Below the pieces are notes generated by a model that had not been told where the DNA came from, made no database searches, and worked only from the letters and a program-made list of their open reading frames with translations. A program made the position numbers and the translations under genes. A stretch of 64,000 bases of DNA from Candidatus Bathyarchaeota archaeon. Its GTDB lineage: Archaea > Thermoproteota > Bathyarchaeia > Bathyarchaeales > Bathycorpusculaceae. Of this stretch, positions 29,711 through 38,883 are shown in pieces (the stretch's first letter is position 1; each line of letters opens with the position of its first letter). Location of the stretch: assembly GCA_963777155.1 (NCBI GenBank), contig CAVZPM010000009.1:32001-96000 (forward strand). The letters are read 5' to 3'.

Positions 29711-29793
29711 CGCTCAGTTACTAGCGTAAACCTTAATCTATATATGGGTGTTGTTCTGAATTGCATTAAATAGAATTAATCTGTGGTGAGCGT

Positions 29794-30186
29794 ATGAGCA
29801 GACCAGTAGATGTTGGAGAATTACGCGTAGGCGGCTACATGATGATTGAAGGCGAACCATGCCGCATAGTAGACATAGCTAAATCTAAACCTGGAAAACA
29901 TGGATCAGCCAAAGCAAGAATCGTCGCAATAGGCGTCTTCGACGGCCAAAAAAGACAGTTCGTAAAACCAGTCGACCTTGGCGCAGAAGTTCCAATAATC
30001 GACAAAAGAGCTGGCCAAGTGTTCGCTATTAACCCCACAGGTGTGCAAATAATGGACTTAGAGACCTATGAGTACTTAGATGCTCCGTTCCCAGATGAGC
30101 CAGAACTCAAAGCTAAACTTGTTGCTGGCGCAGAAATTGAATACTGGGCAATACTTGGGAAAGTAAAAATAGTTCGAGTAAAATAG
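29794..30186 (+). CDS. eif5a: Translation factor aIF-5A
   Basis: SKPGKHGSAK hypusine motif. Confidence 0.98.
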   Translation: MSRPVDVGELRVGGYMMIEGEPCRIVDIAKSKPGKHGSAKARIVAIGVFDGQKRQFVKPVDLGAEVPIIDKRAGQVFAINPTGVQIMDLETYEYLDAPFPDEPELKAKLVAGAEIEYWAILGKVKIVRVK

Positions 30187-30264
30187 ATAACTTTTCTTTT
30201 TCTCGGTTTCCTATTTTGTTTTAGTTTCATTAATGTTTATGTTCTAGCTTTGAGCCTTTCTGCA

Positions 30265-30334
30265 TGAAGCCAATGATGCATGAAGAGCCGTCTGAATTGT
30301 GAAGAATAATCAATATGGGGAAACTGAGGCTTCA
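30265..30334 (+). ncRNA. C/D-box sRNA (2'-O-methylation guide)
   Basis: 7-bp terminal stem TGAAGCC/GGCTTCA. Box C ATGATGc 30273, D' CTGA 30292, C' GTGAAGA 30299, D CTGA 30324. Confidence 0.8.
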
Positions 30335-30461
30335 AATTCGTTGATACGCTTACTAAAAAACGGCTTCCCTTGAAAAACACCTCAAATTCTGGGGCTATTA
30401 ACTGTTTATTTTGTGTAAACTTTATCTAAAAGAATAAGAATGTTTAGGCTGGAGACTCTGG

Positions 30462-31805
30462 ATGGCACTAGATAAGCTGGGTTCTTCGTTGACCTCAGCC
30501 ATAAAGAAGCTTTTCAAAGCTGGTGTAGTGGATGAAGCCGCAGTGAAGGAACTTGTCCGCGATATCCAACGTGCCCTGCTTCAAGCAGACGTAAATGTCC
30601 AACTTGTACTAGAAATCTCTAAACGCATCGAAGAACGAGCTCTAAACGAAAAAATGCCTCCTGGAATCTCGCGAAGAGAGCACGTCATAAAAGTGGTTTA
30701 TGAAGAATTAACACGTTTTGTTGGCGACAAACCTGTTCAGCTCAAGGTTGAACCAGGCAAGAAGAAAATTGTCATGTTGGTGGGTATTCAAGGTTCAGGA
30801 AAAACTACTCATGCTGCCAAGCTCGCAAGGTATTTCCAGAAAAGAGGATTAAAAGTTGGCTTGATTTGTGCGGATACATATCGGCCAGGAGCCTATAACC
30901 AGCTTCAACAGCTGTCAACAAGAACAAATACTCCTTTCTTTGGGGACCTTAGGGCGAAAGATCCTGTAAAAGTTGCCAGGGAAGGTCTAAAATTATTTAG
31001 CGATAAAGATTTGATAATCGTTGACACGGCGGGTAGGCACAAGGAAGAGAAAGATCTAATCAAGGAAATGAAGGACCTTGAAAAGAATCTTCATCCTGAC
31101 GAAGTCATCATGGTTATCGATGGCACGATAGGTCAGCAGGCTCTTGCACAAGCAAAAACCTTCCATGAAGCAACCCCCATCGGTGCCATTATCGTAACCA
31201 AACTCGATGGTTCCTCACGCGGCGGAGGGGCACTTTCCGCGGTTGCAGCAACGGGTGCACCAATCAAATTCATAGGTACAGGTGAAAAAATAGAGGACCT
31301 TGAAGCGTTCATTCCCTCGCGTTTCGTCGGTCGCCTTTTGGGCATGGGTGACTTAGAGACGCTTCTTGAAAAAGTTAAAGATGCTGAAATTAATGTTCCC
31401 CAGAAGAAAGCCAAAGACATCATGAGCGGCAACTTTACGTTAACAGATATGTATGAGCAATTCCAAGCGGTTAAAAAGATGGGACCTTTCGGCAAAGTGC
31501 TCAAAATGATTCCAGGAATGTCCGCCGATGTGCCAGAAGAAATGCTAAACACGGCCGAGGGGCGCTTGGATAAATGGGGTATAATCATTCAGTCCATGAC
31601 TCCAGCGGAAAAGGAGAACCCTAAGCTTTTGAATTCTTCACGGGCAAAACGCATCGCACGCGGTTCAGGAACAACAGAAAAGGAAGTCAAAGAACTACTC
31701 AAGCAGTACGTTATGATGCGAAAGATGCTCAAGATGTTTAAACATAAAAAGAAGTTGCCCTTCGGTTTGGGTGGCAAAGGCATGGGTATGCCTGGTATGA
31801 AGTAG
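30462..31805 (+). CDS. srp54: Signal recognition particle protein SRP54
   Basis: GIQGSGKTT, DTAGRH, TKLDG, RLLGMGD, Met-rich M domain. Confidence 0.98.
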   Translation: MALDKLGSSLTSAIKKLFKAGVVDEAAVKELVRDIQRALLQADVNVQLVLEISKRIEERALNEKMPPGISRREHVIKVVYEELTRFVGDKPVQLKVEPGKKKIVMLVGIQGSGKTTHAAKLARYFQKRGLKVGLICADTYRPGAYNQLQQLSTRTNTPFFGDLRAKDPVKVAREGLKLFSDKDLIIVDTAGRHKEEKDLIKEMKDLEKNLHPDEVIMVIDGTIGQQALAQAKTFHEATPIGAIIVTKLDGSSRGGGALSAVAATGAPIKFIGTGEKIEDLEAFIPSRFVGRLLGMGDLETLLEKVKDAEINVPQKKAKDIMSGNFTLTDMYEQFQAVKKMGPFGKVLKMIPGMSADVPEEMLNTAEGRLDKWGIIIQSMTPAEKENPKLLNSSRAKRIARGSGTTEKEVKELLKQYVMMRKMLKMFKHKKKLPFGLGGKGMGMPGMK

Positions 31806-31815
31806 GCTAAGTGCC

Positions 31816-33144
31816 ATGGATGTTCTAGAAAAAGCCTATGAGATTCTCAGCAAATTCCCGCTTTGTGACCACTGTTTAGGTAGACAATTCGCGTTGTTGG
31901 GTTACAGCATGGAGAACAACGTGCGGGGGAACGCATTAAAAGTCAGTTTGACAATGCTTGCCAATGATCTTGCCCAGGAAAAAAAAGTCGAGGGCATAAA
32001 ACGCCTTAAAGTGCTGGCAACGAACGGTTTTTCCAGAGAAGCGCGGGAAACGCTAAAACACTTGAAGAAGCGCCTGCCAAAAAACGAGACGGTTAAATGT
32101 AGCCTCTGCGACGGAAAGTTCGAGATAGTTGACTGCCTAACCCAAAAAGCCCTCCAAGCCGTCGATGGCTTCGAGTTTACTACTTTTCTTGTCGGGATTG
32201 AATTGCCACTGCAGATTGAGGAGCGTGAGGATGAGTTCAAAGCAGCCGTCAACGTTGGTTATGGCGAGAGTATGAAACATGAATTCGGGCGCTTACTTGG
32301 CAAATCAGTTGCTAAGCATACATGCAAGGAAGCAGACTATCTAAAACCCGACATAGTTTTTGTTTTTAATCCTTTCTTAGAAACAGTTCGACTTCAAGTT
32401 AACCCTCTTTTCGTCGCTGGTAGATACCGTAAACTAGTTCGCACTATTCCACAGTCGAAGTGGTTCTGTTCCAGCTGTCGAGGTAGAGGATGTGAGAAAT
32501 GTGGTGGAACAGGAAAACTTTACCCTGAATCGGTAGAGGAGCTATCCTCTAAACCGCTGCTTGAGGCAACCGTGGGAGAGGAAGCATTTTTGCATGCTTC
32601 CGGGCGAGAAGATATCGATGCACGGATGCTGGGTACCGGGAGGCCGTTTGTAATTGAAGTTTCGAAACCTAAGAAACGGTTTGTTGATTTAAATCATATT
32701 GAAACTCAGGTCAATGTGAACGCAGTTGGAAAGGTAGAAGTTTCGGGTTTACATTTTACCACTAAGGATGTTGTAAGACACCTCAAGAATGGTGAGGGTG
32801 CCCAGAAAGAATATCAACTGCTAGCGGAGTTTGAGAATGACCCATCAGAAAAAGATCTCCGTACCATCGAGGAGAAGCTATCGGGTATTTGTATTAGACA
32901 GCAGACGCCTCTTCGCGTTTTGCATCGAAGGGCAGATTTAATCCGAGAAAAGTACATATATCAGGTTAAAGTTAAGAAGGTGTCGCTTAAGAGGGTCCTG
33001 ATGGAAATTCGTTGCCAAGGTGGACTCTACGTTAAAGAATTGGTATCTGGAGATGAAGGACGCACGAACCCAAACGTTTCGGATTTGCTCAACAACAGAG
33101 CGAAGACGCTTAAGCTTGACGTTCTCAACGTAATAATGGAATAG
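31816..33144 (+). CDS. pus10: tRNA pseudouridine(54/55) synthase
   Basis: CDHCLGRQF, GRYRKL, SGREDIDARMLGTGRPF, QQTPLRV, GGLYVKEL. Confidence 0.96.
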   Translation: MDVLEKAYEILSKFPLCDHCLGRQFALLGYSMENNVRGNALKVSLTMLANDLAQEKKVEGIKRLKVLATNGFSREARETLKHLKKRLPKNETVKCSLCDGKFEIVDCLTQKALQAVDGFEFTTFLVGIELPLQIEEREDEFKAAVNVGYGESMKHEFGRLLGKSVAKHTCKEADYLKPDIVFVFNPFLETVRLQVNPLFVAGRYRKLVRTIPQSKWFCSSCRGRGCEKCGGTGKLYPESVEELSSKPLLEATVGEEAFLHASGREDIDARMLGTGRPFVIEVSKPKKRFVDLNHIETQVNVNAVGKVEVSGLHFTTKDVVRHLKNGEGAQKEYQLLAEFENDPSEKDLRTIEEKLSGICIRQQTPLRVLHRRADLIREKYIYQVKVKKVSLKRVLMEIRCQGGLYVKELVSGDEGRTNPNVSDLLNNRAKTLKLDVLNVIME

Positions 33145-33160
33145 TTAAGGTGAAAATTAT

Positions 33161-33457
33161 ATGAGAGGTTCAAAAGGCTATTACACTGGTACTCGCAGTT
33201 TGCTTCGTAAGCCGACTCGCGAAAAAGGTAAACCAAACATTGGAAAGATACTTCAAGAGTACACTCCTGGTTCTCAAGTGATTATAAAGATGGATTCAAG
33301 CGTGCAGAAGAGTATGCCCCATAAACGGTTCCATGGCAAAATAGGGGTCATAGTAGAAAAACGGGGTCGTGGCTACGTCGTTAGCGTTCCCCAAGGCGAC
33401 GCCATTAAAGAAATTATTACCCGCTCAGAACATCTAGAGCCCTATACTGGTAAGTGA
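33161..33457 (+). CDS. rpl21e: 50S ribosomal protein L21e
   Basis: MPHKRFHGKIG, EHL. Confidence 0.96.
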   Translation: MRGSKGYYTGTRSLLRKPTREKGKPNIGKILQEYTPGSQVIIKMDSSVQKSMPHKRFHGKIGVIVEKRGRGYVVSVPQGDAIKEIITRSEHLEPYTGK

Positions 33458-33464
33458 GTCTGAA

Positions 33465-33803
33465 ATGAGCAAGAGAGAAGTAAGTGAAAGCCGTTTAACC
33501 CTTCCACAGGTTAAGAAGGTTCTGGCATCCATCGGAGAAGAAAACCTCGACCAGTTCCAACGCCGAACACTCGATTATGTAAGCAAATTCTCCAAGTGCG
33601 AACCAGAAAAAGCCGAAGAACTCTTGCAAAAACTCCTAAAAGAATATGAACTTGATGAGGCAGAAGCAGTTCAGATTATTAACTGCATGCCTGAAACCGT
33701 TGATGAATTGAGAATTTTTTTAGCAGGCGGACGCAAAATCATAGAAACCTCGAAACTGCACACAATTGTTGAACTTTTAAACGAGAATCGAACGTTAAAG
33801 TAG
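33465..33803 (+). CDS. rpoF: RNA polymerase subunit Rpo4 (F)
   Basis: TLDYVSKFSK, AVQIINCMP..VDELR. Conserved L21e-rpoF-DUF655-ksgA order. Confidence 0.92.
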   Translation: MSKREVSESRLTLPQVKKVLASIGEENLDQFQRRTLDYVSKFSKCEPEKAEELLQKLLKEYELDEAEAVQIINCMPETVDELRIFLAGGRKIIETSKLHTIVELLNENRTLK

Positions 33804-33870
33804 GCGCAAACTACTAAGTATTTTTAAGCAGTAAGCGAGAATAGTCTAGTTGACGGACCTAGTGACTGTT

Positions 33871-34437
33871 ATGGAAAAGCGGTATGAAGAGCATGCTTAC
33901 GTGTTAGATTTCCTTCAACACGGCAAGCCAGGATTTCGCCCCACAGGACGGGCAGGTTATCGAGCGGGAGCCCTTATTCAATGTGTGGGGGAAGAATTCT
34001 TTACTCTATTGGAGGCTTTAGTGAAAGAAGAGTTGATTCTCAAGCCTGGTGACCGCGTGTATGTAGGGAAAGACTCTCGTGAAGAAGTCACATACATTAT
34101 TGGTCGAATCGGGTATGAGGAGTTAACTGCCTCAGCCAAAGCCGAGCTCCCAAGCGTCATAAGCAAGATAGTTACGAACCGAGAAAAATGGTTCGTCAAT
34201 TTCTTCAATACCGCACGGGCAATTACTCCTCGGATGCACGCATTGGAGCTGGTTCCGGGAATCGGCAAAAAGTATATGTGGCAAGTCATCAACGACCGTG
34301 AACGCAAACCGTTTGAAAGCTTTGAGGATTTGCAGAAACGCACTGAACTGCCAAACCCGGTGAAACTGATTACCAAGCGGGTTATGGAAGAACTTGAGGG
34401 TGACAGCAAGTACCGATTATTTACGCGGACACAATAA
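33871..34437 (+). CDS. DUF655 family putative RNA-binding protein
   Basis: YEEHAYVLDF, FTLLE, RMHALELVPGIGKK HhH motif. Confidence 0.92.
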   Translation: MEKRYEEHAYVLDFLQHGKPGFRPTGRAGYRAGALIQCVGEEFFTLLEALVKEELILKPGDRVYVGKDSREEVTYIIGRIGYEELTASAKAELPSVISKIVTNREKWFVNFFNTARAITPRMHALELVPGIGKKYMWQVINDRERKPFESFEDLQKRTELPNPVKLITKRVMEELEGDSKYRLFTRTQ

Positions 34438-34447
34438 GGCATAGCAG

Positions 34448-35266
34448 ATGATTCTTGAGAAAACAAAACAGCTGCTTCAAAACTACCACATCACTCCCAA
34501 CAAGCTTATGGGGCAAAACTTCATGGTTGAGCCCTCACTCTACCCTAAACTCTGTAGCTATGCAGCGCTAAGCAAAACAGATGTGGTGTTGGATGTAGGC
34601 GCAGGTTTCGGCTGGTTAACCTGTTTCTTAGCTGACAAATCCAAAGCGGTGGTGGCGGTCGAGAAAGACCCGAAGGTTGCGGCTGTTCTTTGTGAACAGA
34701 CAAATTACCTAAGCAATGTCACTGTAATTGAAGGCGACGTTTTAAAGGCAATGTTACCAGAATTCAATAAGGTCATCGCGGCTCCTCCCTACTATTTGTC
34801 TTCCCAATTAGTGACATGGCTTTTAGAGCAGAAAATTGATTGTGCGGTTTTGATTTTGCAGACTGAATTTGCTGACCGCCTTGCGGCACCTGTGGGCAAT
34901 GAAGAATATGGTTGGTTAACAGTTGTGACTTACCAAATGGCAGAGGTTGAACTATTGGAAAAAGTCCCCAAAGCTCTGTTCTATCCTCAACCTGAAGTTG
35001 ATTCTGTTGTCCTTTGCCTAAAACCGTGGCACACCAAACCCTTTGAGATAAAAGATCCAACGTTGTTTGTGCACTTGGTTAAGTGGCTATTTACCCAACG
35101 AAATAAAAAATTAGCCAAAGCTGTCTCGCCGTTCATTAGAAGCTATTATAAACTAACCAAACAGGAAGCGGATAAGCTAGCAATTGGCCTCCCTTACAGT
35201 GATAGACGCGTAAGAGAATTGCACCCTGAAGGTTTTGGAGCCATAGCAAATGCACTGTCCAAATAA
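34448..35266 (+). CDS. rsmA: 16S rRNA dimethyladenosine transferase
   Basis: GQNFM, DVGAGFG, PPYYLSS, YGWLTV, FYPQPEVDS, FTQRNK. Confidence 0.94.
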   Translation: MILEKTKQLLQNYHITPNKLMGQNFMVEPSLYPKLCSYAALSKTDVVLDVGAGFGWLTCFLADKSKAVVAVEKDPKVAAVLCEQTNYLSNVTVIEGDVLKAMLPEFNKVIAAPPYYLSSQLVTWLLEQKIDCAVLILQTEFADRLAAPVGNEEYGWLTVVTYQMAEVELLEKVPKALFYPQPEVDSVVLCLKPWHTKPFEIKDPTLFVHLVKWLFTQRNKKLAKAVSPFIRSYYKLTKQEADKLAIGLPYSDRRVRELHPEGFGAIANALSK

Positions 35267-35870
35267 GCGGACTCGCTTTGGCGATTATGTTTTTGATTTA
35301 TACGATGAGGTTTACAATCCAGCTGAGGACACATTCCTATTCGCGGAAAACCTCGAGTTAAAAGAAGGCGAGCGTGTTCTAGATTTGGGCACAGGCTGCG
35401 GAATACTTGGTATTCTCGTAGCAAAAAAGGCAGGTGAAGTGGTGGCGGTTGACTTAAACCCTTATGCAATTCGTTGCGCAAAGGAGAATTCAGCTCTCAA
35501 CGGTGTGCGAAATAAGATGGTTTTTATTCAAACAAGCATGTTTACGGCTCTAAACCCCTGCGTCACCTTTGACTTGATATTGTTTAACGCTCCTTACTTG
35601 CCCTCAGATGAGGGTGAAGATGCTTCTTGGATTGGACGTGCTTGGGCCGGAGGCACCAATGGAAGAGAAGTCATTGACCGCTTTATCTCCCAAGTCCCCG
35701 CCCATTTGAAACCTCAAGGTAGAGTCTTGTTAATGCAGTCTACGCTTACAGGTGTCGAAGAGACTCTCGATGGGTTCAACACTCAAGGTCTTACCGGATC
35801 GATTAAGGCTGAGCATAAGCTGCCTTTCTTTGAGACCTTGACACTTATAGAAGCTAAGGCTGGCTTGTAG
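35250..35870 (+). CDS. HemK2/PrmC-family protein methyltransferase
   Basis: VYNPAEDTFL, DLGTGCG, FNAPYLP, GG..GREVI. Confidence 0.92.
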   Translation: MHCPNKRTRFGDYVFDLYDEVYNPAEDTFLFAENLELKEGERVLDLGTGCGILGILVAKKAGEVVAVDLNPYAIRCAKENSALNGVRNKMVFIQTSMFTALNPCVTFDLILFNAPYLPSDEGEDASWIGRAWAGGTNGREVIDRFISQVPAHLKPQGRVLLMQSTLTGVEETLDGFNTQGLTGSIKAEHKLPFFETLTLIEAKAGL

Positions 35871-35906
35871 AAGAAACAATTTAAAGACAGAAACCAATTC
35901 ATTGTA

Positions 35907-36248
35907 TTGGTGTTAATTATGACGATTTGGTTCTATGTCAAAACAATTGAAGACCCAAAAGCTGTTGGGGACGTTGTTTGTGCTTTCAACTTCATGCAGG
36001 GGCAGCATCCTGAAGACAAGTACTCTTGGATTATTGAGGCTGGGAGAGATGAGCCTGGCTACTGGGAAATCAAGGGCAAATATGCTGCGTTAAAAGATGT
36101 TACAGTAATATGTATCGTCTACAGAATCGGCGATACAGTAGTTTTCGCGGAAATAGATGATGATTTATCCCCTAATTTCATCGACCCGCTGGTAACCAAG
36201 TATGGGTTCGACAACGTAAAATGGTTTGTCGTTCCAGCCAAAAGATAG
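35907..36248 (+). CDS. Hypothetical protein
   Basis: Globular-looking 109-113 aa ORF filling the gap. Family not recognised. Confidence 0.7.
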   Translation: MVLIMTIWFYVKTIEDPKAVGDVVCAFNFMQGQHPEDKYSWIIEAGRDEPGYWEIKGKYAALKDVTVICIVYRIGDTVVFAEIDDDLSPNFIDPLVTKYGFDNVKWFVVPAKR

Positions 36249-36322
36249 TTTAAGGCTCTCTTGCTCAGAGAGTAAAATTCCCTTTTGTAAAGAATTTGTA
36301 AATTTATAATTAAATAGCTTGG

Positions 36323-36808
36323 TTATTGCTTATCGTACTTTTCGACTTCCGAATTCATAACGCAAAGCTCTATACCTGCTTGCTTGAACATTTCAATTGT
36401 GTCGGCGTCGGCGTGGTATCTTTTTTCACAAACCACCCGTTTGATTCCTGCGTTAATTATAATCATCGCACAGGTTCTGCATGGCGTCATCTTGCAGAAA
36501 AGCGTCGCTCCTTCAAGTGGAATACCGAACCTTGCAGCCTGAATTATTGCGTTTTGTTCGGCGTGAAGAGTTCGGACGCAGTGCTGGGTGACTTCCCCAT
36601 TAGAGTTGAATACTTTGCGTAGGTCGTGTCCTGCCTCATCACAATGCGGTAACCCTGCAGGTGCCCCAACGTAACCAGTTGTCATGATTCGTTTGTCTTT
36701 AACGATGACGCAGCCGCTTCTTCCACGGTCACATGTAGCGCGTCTAGCTACGGCTTCACACATGTCTAAGAAGTACCGATCCCAATTAGGTCTTGGATTA
36801 CTGCTCAA
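36323..36808 (-). CDS. dCMP deaminase (ComEB-like)
   Basis: RPNWDRYF, RATC, HAEQNAI, PCRTC. Confidence 0.93.
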   Translation of the reverse strand: MSSNPRPNWDRYFLDMCEAVARRATCDRGRSGCVIVKDKRIMTTGYVGAPAGLPHCDEAGHDLRKVFNSNGEVTQHCVRTLHAEQNAIIQAARFGIPLEGATLFCKMTPCRTCAMIIINAGIKRVVCEKRYHADADTIEMFKQAGIELCVMNSEVEKYDKQ

Positions 36809-36879
36809 TATCTTTACCTCAACGGTTTCAGAGATAGTTCACTAAACAAATTAATAAATTATTTCCGCAGATTAACTAC

Positions 36880-38169
36880 CTATTTCTCGAGGATGTGGAT
36901 TTCTCGGCCGATTTTATGCCGCTCATCCATCTCGACAAATGAGGCAGAATGAGTTAATCGCCCAACATCCAAATTTTTACTAAACATTTCTGTGGAGAAA
37001 GAATAGATACGTTTGAATCCCGCGCTTTCAAGTCGGTCAACTATTGGCATTGTTACCGCTTCGTTGGAGCGAGTTTTAATGTAGGGCGTCACCAGTACCA
37101 AGTGGCCTTTTGGCTTTAGTGTTCTGTATGCTTCTTCGATGAACCCAAAGAACAATGGTTCTAGTTTTTCAATAATTTTCTGCGCGTAAGGACCTGTTGG
37201 GACCTCTCGGAGCGCGGGACCCAAATCAGGTTCAGAAACTATGCAATCTACGGATTCCAACCCAACCTTTTCAGCCATACTACCTACATCGCCCAGCAGA
37301 ACCCTAAAATCTGCATTGACAAGTTCGTATTCTCTGGTTACCCACTCAAGGTTTTCCTTAGTTGCCTTAACGCACCAAGGATTAACATCCATACCCACTA
37401 CCGTTGTCTTCTCCATTAGCGCTTCCTGCAGAATAGTGCCGACGCCGCAGAATGGGTCAAGCAAAGTTTTTCCCTCAGTACACGCCGACAGGTTAACCAT
37501 GATTCGTGCTAGTCTAGGCGGCATGGCAAAAATGACTCGTTGGTTCGGCTTGAAGACGTCTCTTTTCTGGAACTCAAAGGGGTTGTGCACAGCTATGGTT
37601 GTGGCAATCCAGGTTTCTGTTTTACCGATACAGAAAAGCACTTCGGCTTGGTTTTCCACCAGATTTTTCTTTAATACTTCTACATGGCTAAGCTGAGCTT
37701 GTTTTCGCTCGACCGAGTAACCCATGAAATTCGCCTTTTTACCTAAACCTGCCAATTCTTCTTTTACGGCGCTGCCGATAAAACGTTGCATTCGCCCTGA
37801 AACTGGGGAGAATGTGTTATCGGTGAAGTATACGCTTACTCCAAAAAGAAATTTTTTAGGTGTCATGTCGGCGGGGATGTTGCTTGTGGCTATTGTCTTG
37901 ATGATTTGTTTTTGAGCCTGCTTGTTTTTGTTAAGAAATGCCTCTTTGACGATTTGGGTTGGAAATGTGGTTTTTGGTTGACCGATTTTTATGGTTCCAC
38001 CTAAATCCGCTATAGCTGAAGGGGGTATGTTTTTTTCTAGGTTGATGACAAAGAATTCTCGGGAAAAATACTGTACTTCAAACTTGTTGTTTCTTGCGTT
38101 AAAGTATGCGGTTAGCTCCGCTAGTGAGAGTATCCAGTTTTTTCCTGAAATAAACAGGTATGTTGGCAT
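36880..38169 (-). CDS. Trm11/TrmG10-like tRNA methyltransferase
   Basis: MPPRLARIMVNL, LLDPFCGVGTILQEA, SEPDLG. Confidence 0.82.
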   Translation of the reverse strand: MPTYLFISGKNWILSLAELTAYFNARNNKFEVQYFSREFFVINLEKNIPPSAIADLGGTIKIGQPKTTFPTQIVKEAFLNKNKQAQKQIIKTIATSNIPADMTPKKFLFGVSVYFTDNTFSPVSGRMQRFIGSAVKEELAGLGKKANFMGYSVERKQAQLSHVEVLKKNLVENQAEVLFCIGKTETWIATTIAVHNPFEFQKRDVFKPNQRVIFAMPPRLARIMVNLSACTEGKTLLDPFCGVGTILQEALMEKTTVVGMDVNPWCVKATKENLEWVTREYELVNADFRVLLGDVGSMAEKVGLESVDCIVSEPDLGPALREVPTGPYAQKIIEKLEPLFFGFIEEAYRTLKPKGHLVLVTPYIKTRSNEAVTMPIVDRLESAGFKRIYSFSTEMFSKNLDVGRLTHSASFVEMDERHKIGREIHILEK

Positions 38170-38340
38170 TTGGGAATCAAAAAGTAAACCTGACTATATA
38201 AGTTGATAACAGTCAACAGCTTGAATTCGTTATTCTAAGTAAATGACTGGAACGTGGAAAATGCACGGAAGTATCGCCGCATATTTACAAATCGTTTAAA
38301 TATTGCTGGGCGCAAATCCCTTTTACAAAAGGGATGCTGC

Positions 38341-38883
38341 ATGCAAGCACGTAACTACAGGCACGTAAAAAATAGAGCCTATACGCGAAAGAAATACGCT
38401 AGAGGTTTTCCACCACCAAAAATTGTAAAGTTCACTATGGGCGATACAAAAGGTACCTTTGCGATTGAAGGGCAACTGATCGGTCAAGAACGTGCACAGA
38501 TACGTCACAGTGCCTTAGAAGCAGCACGTGTAGCTACCAACCGTATCCTTATGGATAAACTCATAAATGATTATCTTATGGTTGTTCATCCATACCCACA
38601 CATTATCCTGCGAGAAAACAAGATGATTTTTGGCGCTCACGCTGACAGACTACAACAGGGAATGAGACGTTCATTCGGAACAGCAATCGGTACCGCAGCA
38701 AAAGTAGAAGTGGGACAACCCATAATCACCGTCAAAGTGAAAGCTGGCCAAGAGGCAATAGCTAAAGAGTCTCTCAAACGAGGAAGCGCTAAACTTCCAA
38801 TACCATGCAAAATAGTCATCTCCAAAATCAAGATTTCTCCAATCATTACCGAAGCGGTTGAACCGGAGACGGAGACGACTTGA
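38341..38883 (+). CDS. rpl10e: 50S ribosomal protein L10e (uL16)
   Basis: QIRHSALEAAR, LRENKM..GAHADRLQQGMR.SFG. ATG 38341. Confidence 0.97.
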   Translation: MQARNYRHVKNRAYTRKKYARGFPPPKIVKFTMGDTKGTFAIEGQLIGQERAQIRHSALEAARVATNRILMDKLINDYLMVVHPYPHIILRENKMIFGAHADRLQQGMRRSFGTAIGTAAKVEVGQPIITVKVKAGQEAIAKESLKRGSAKLPIPCKIVISKIKISPIITEAVEPETETT

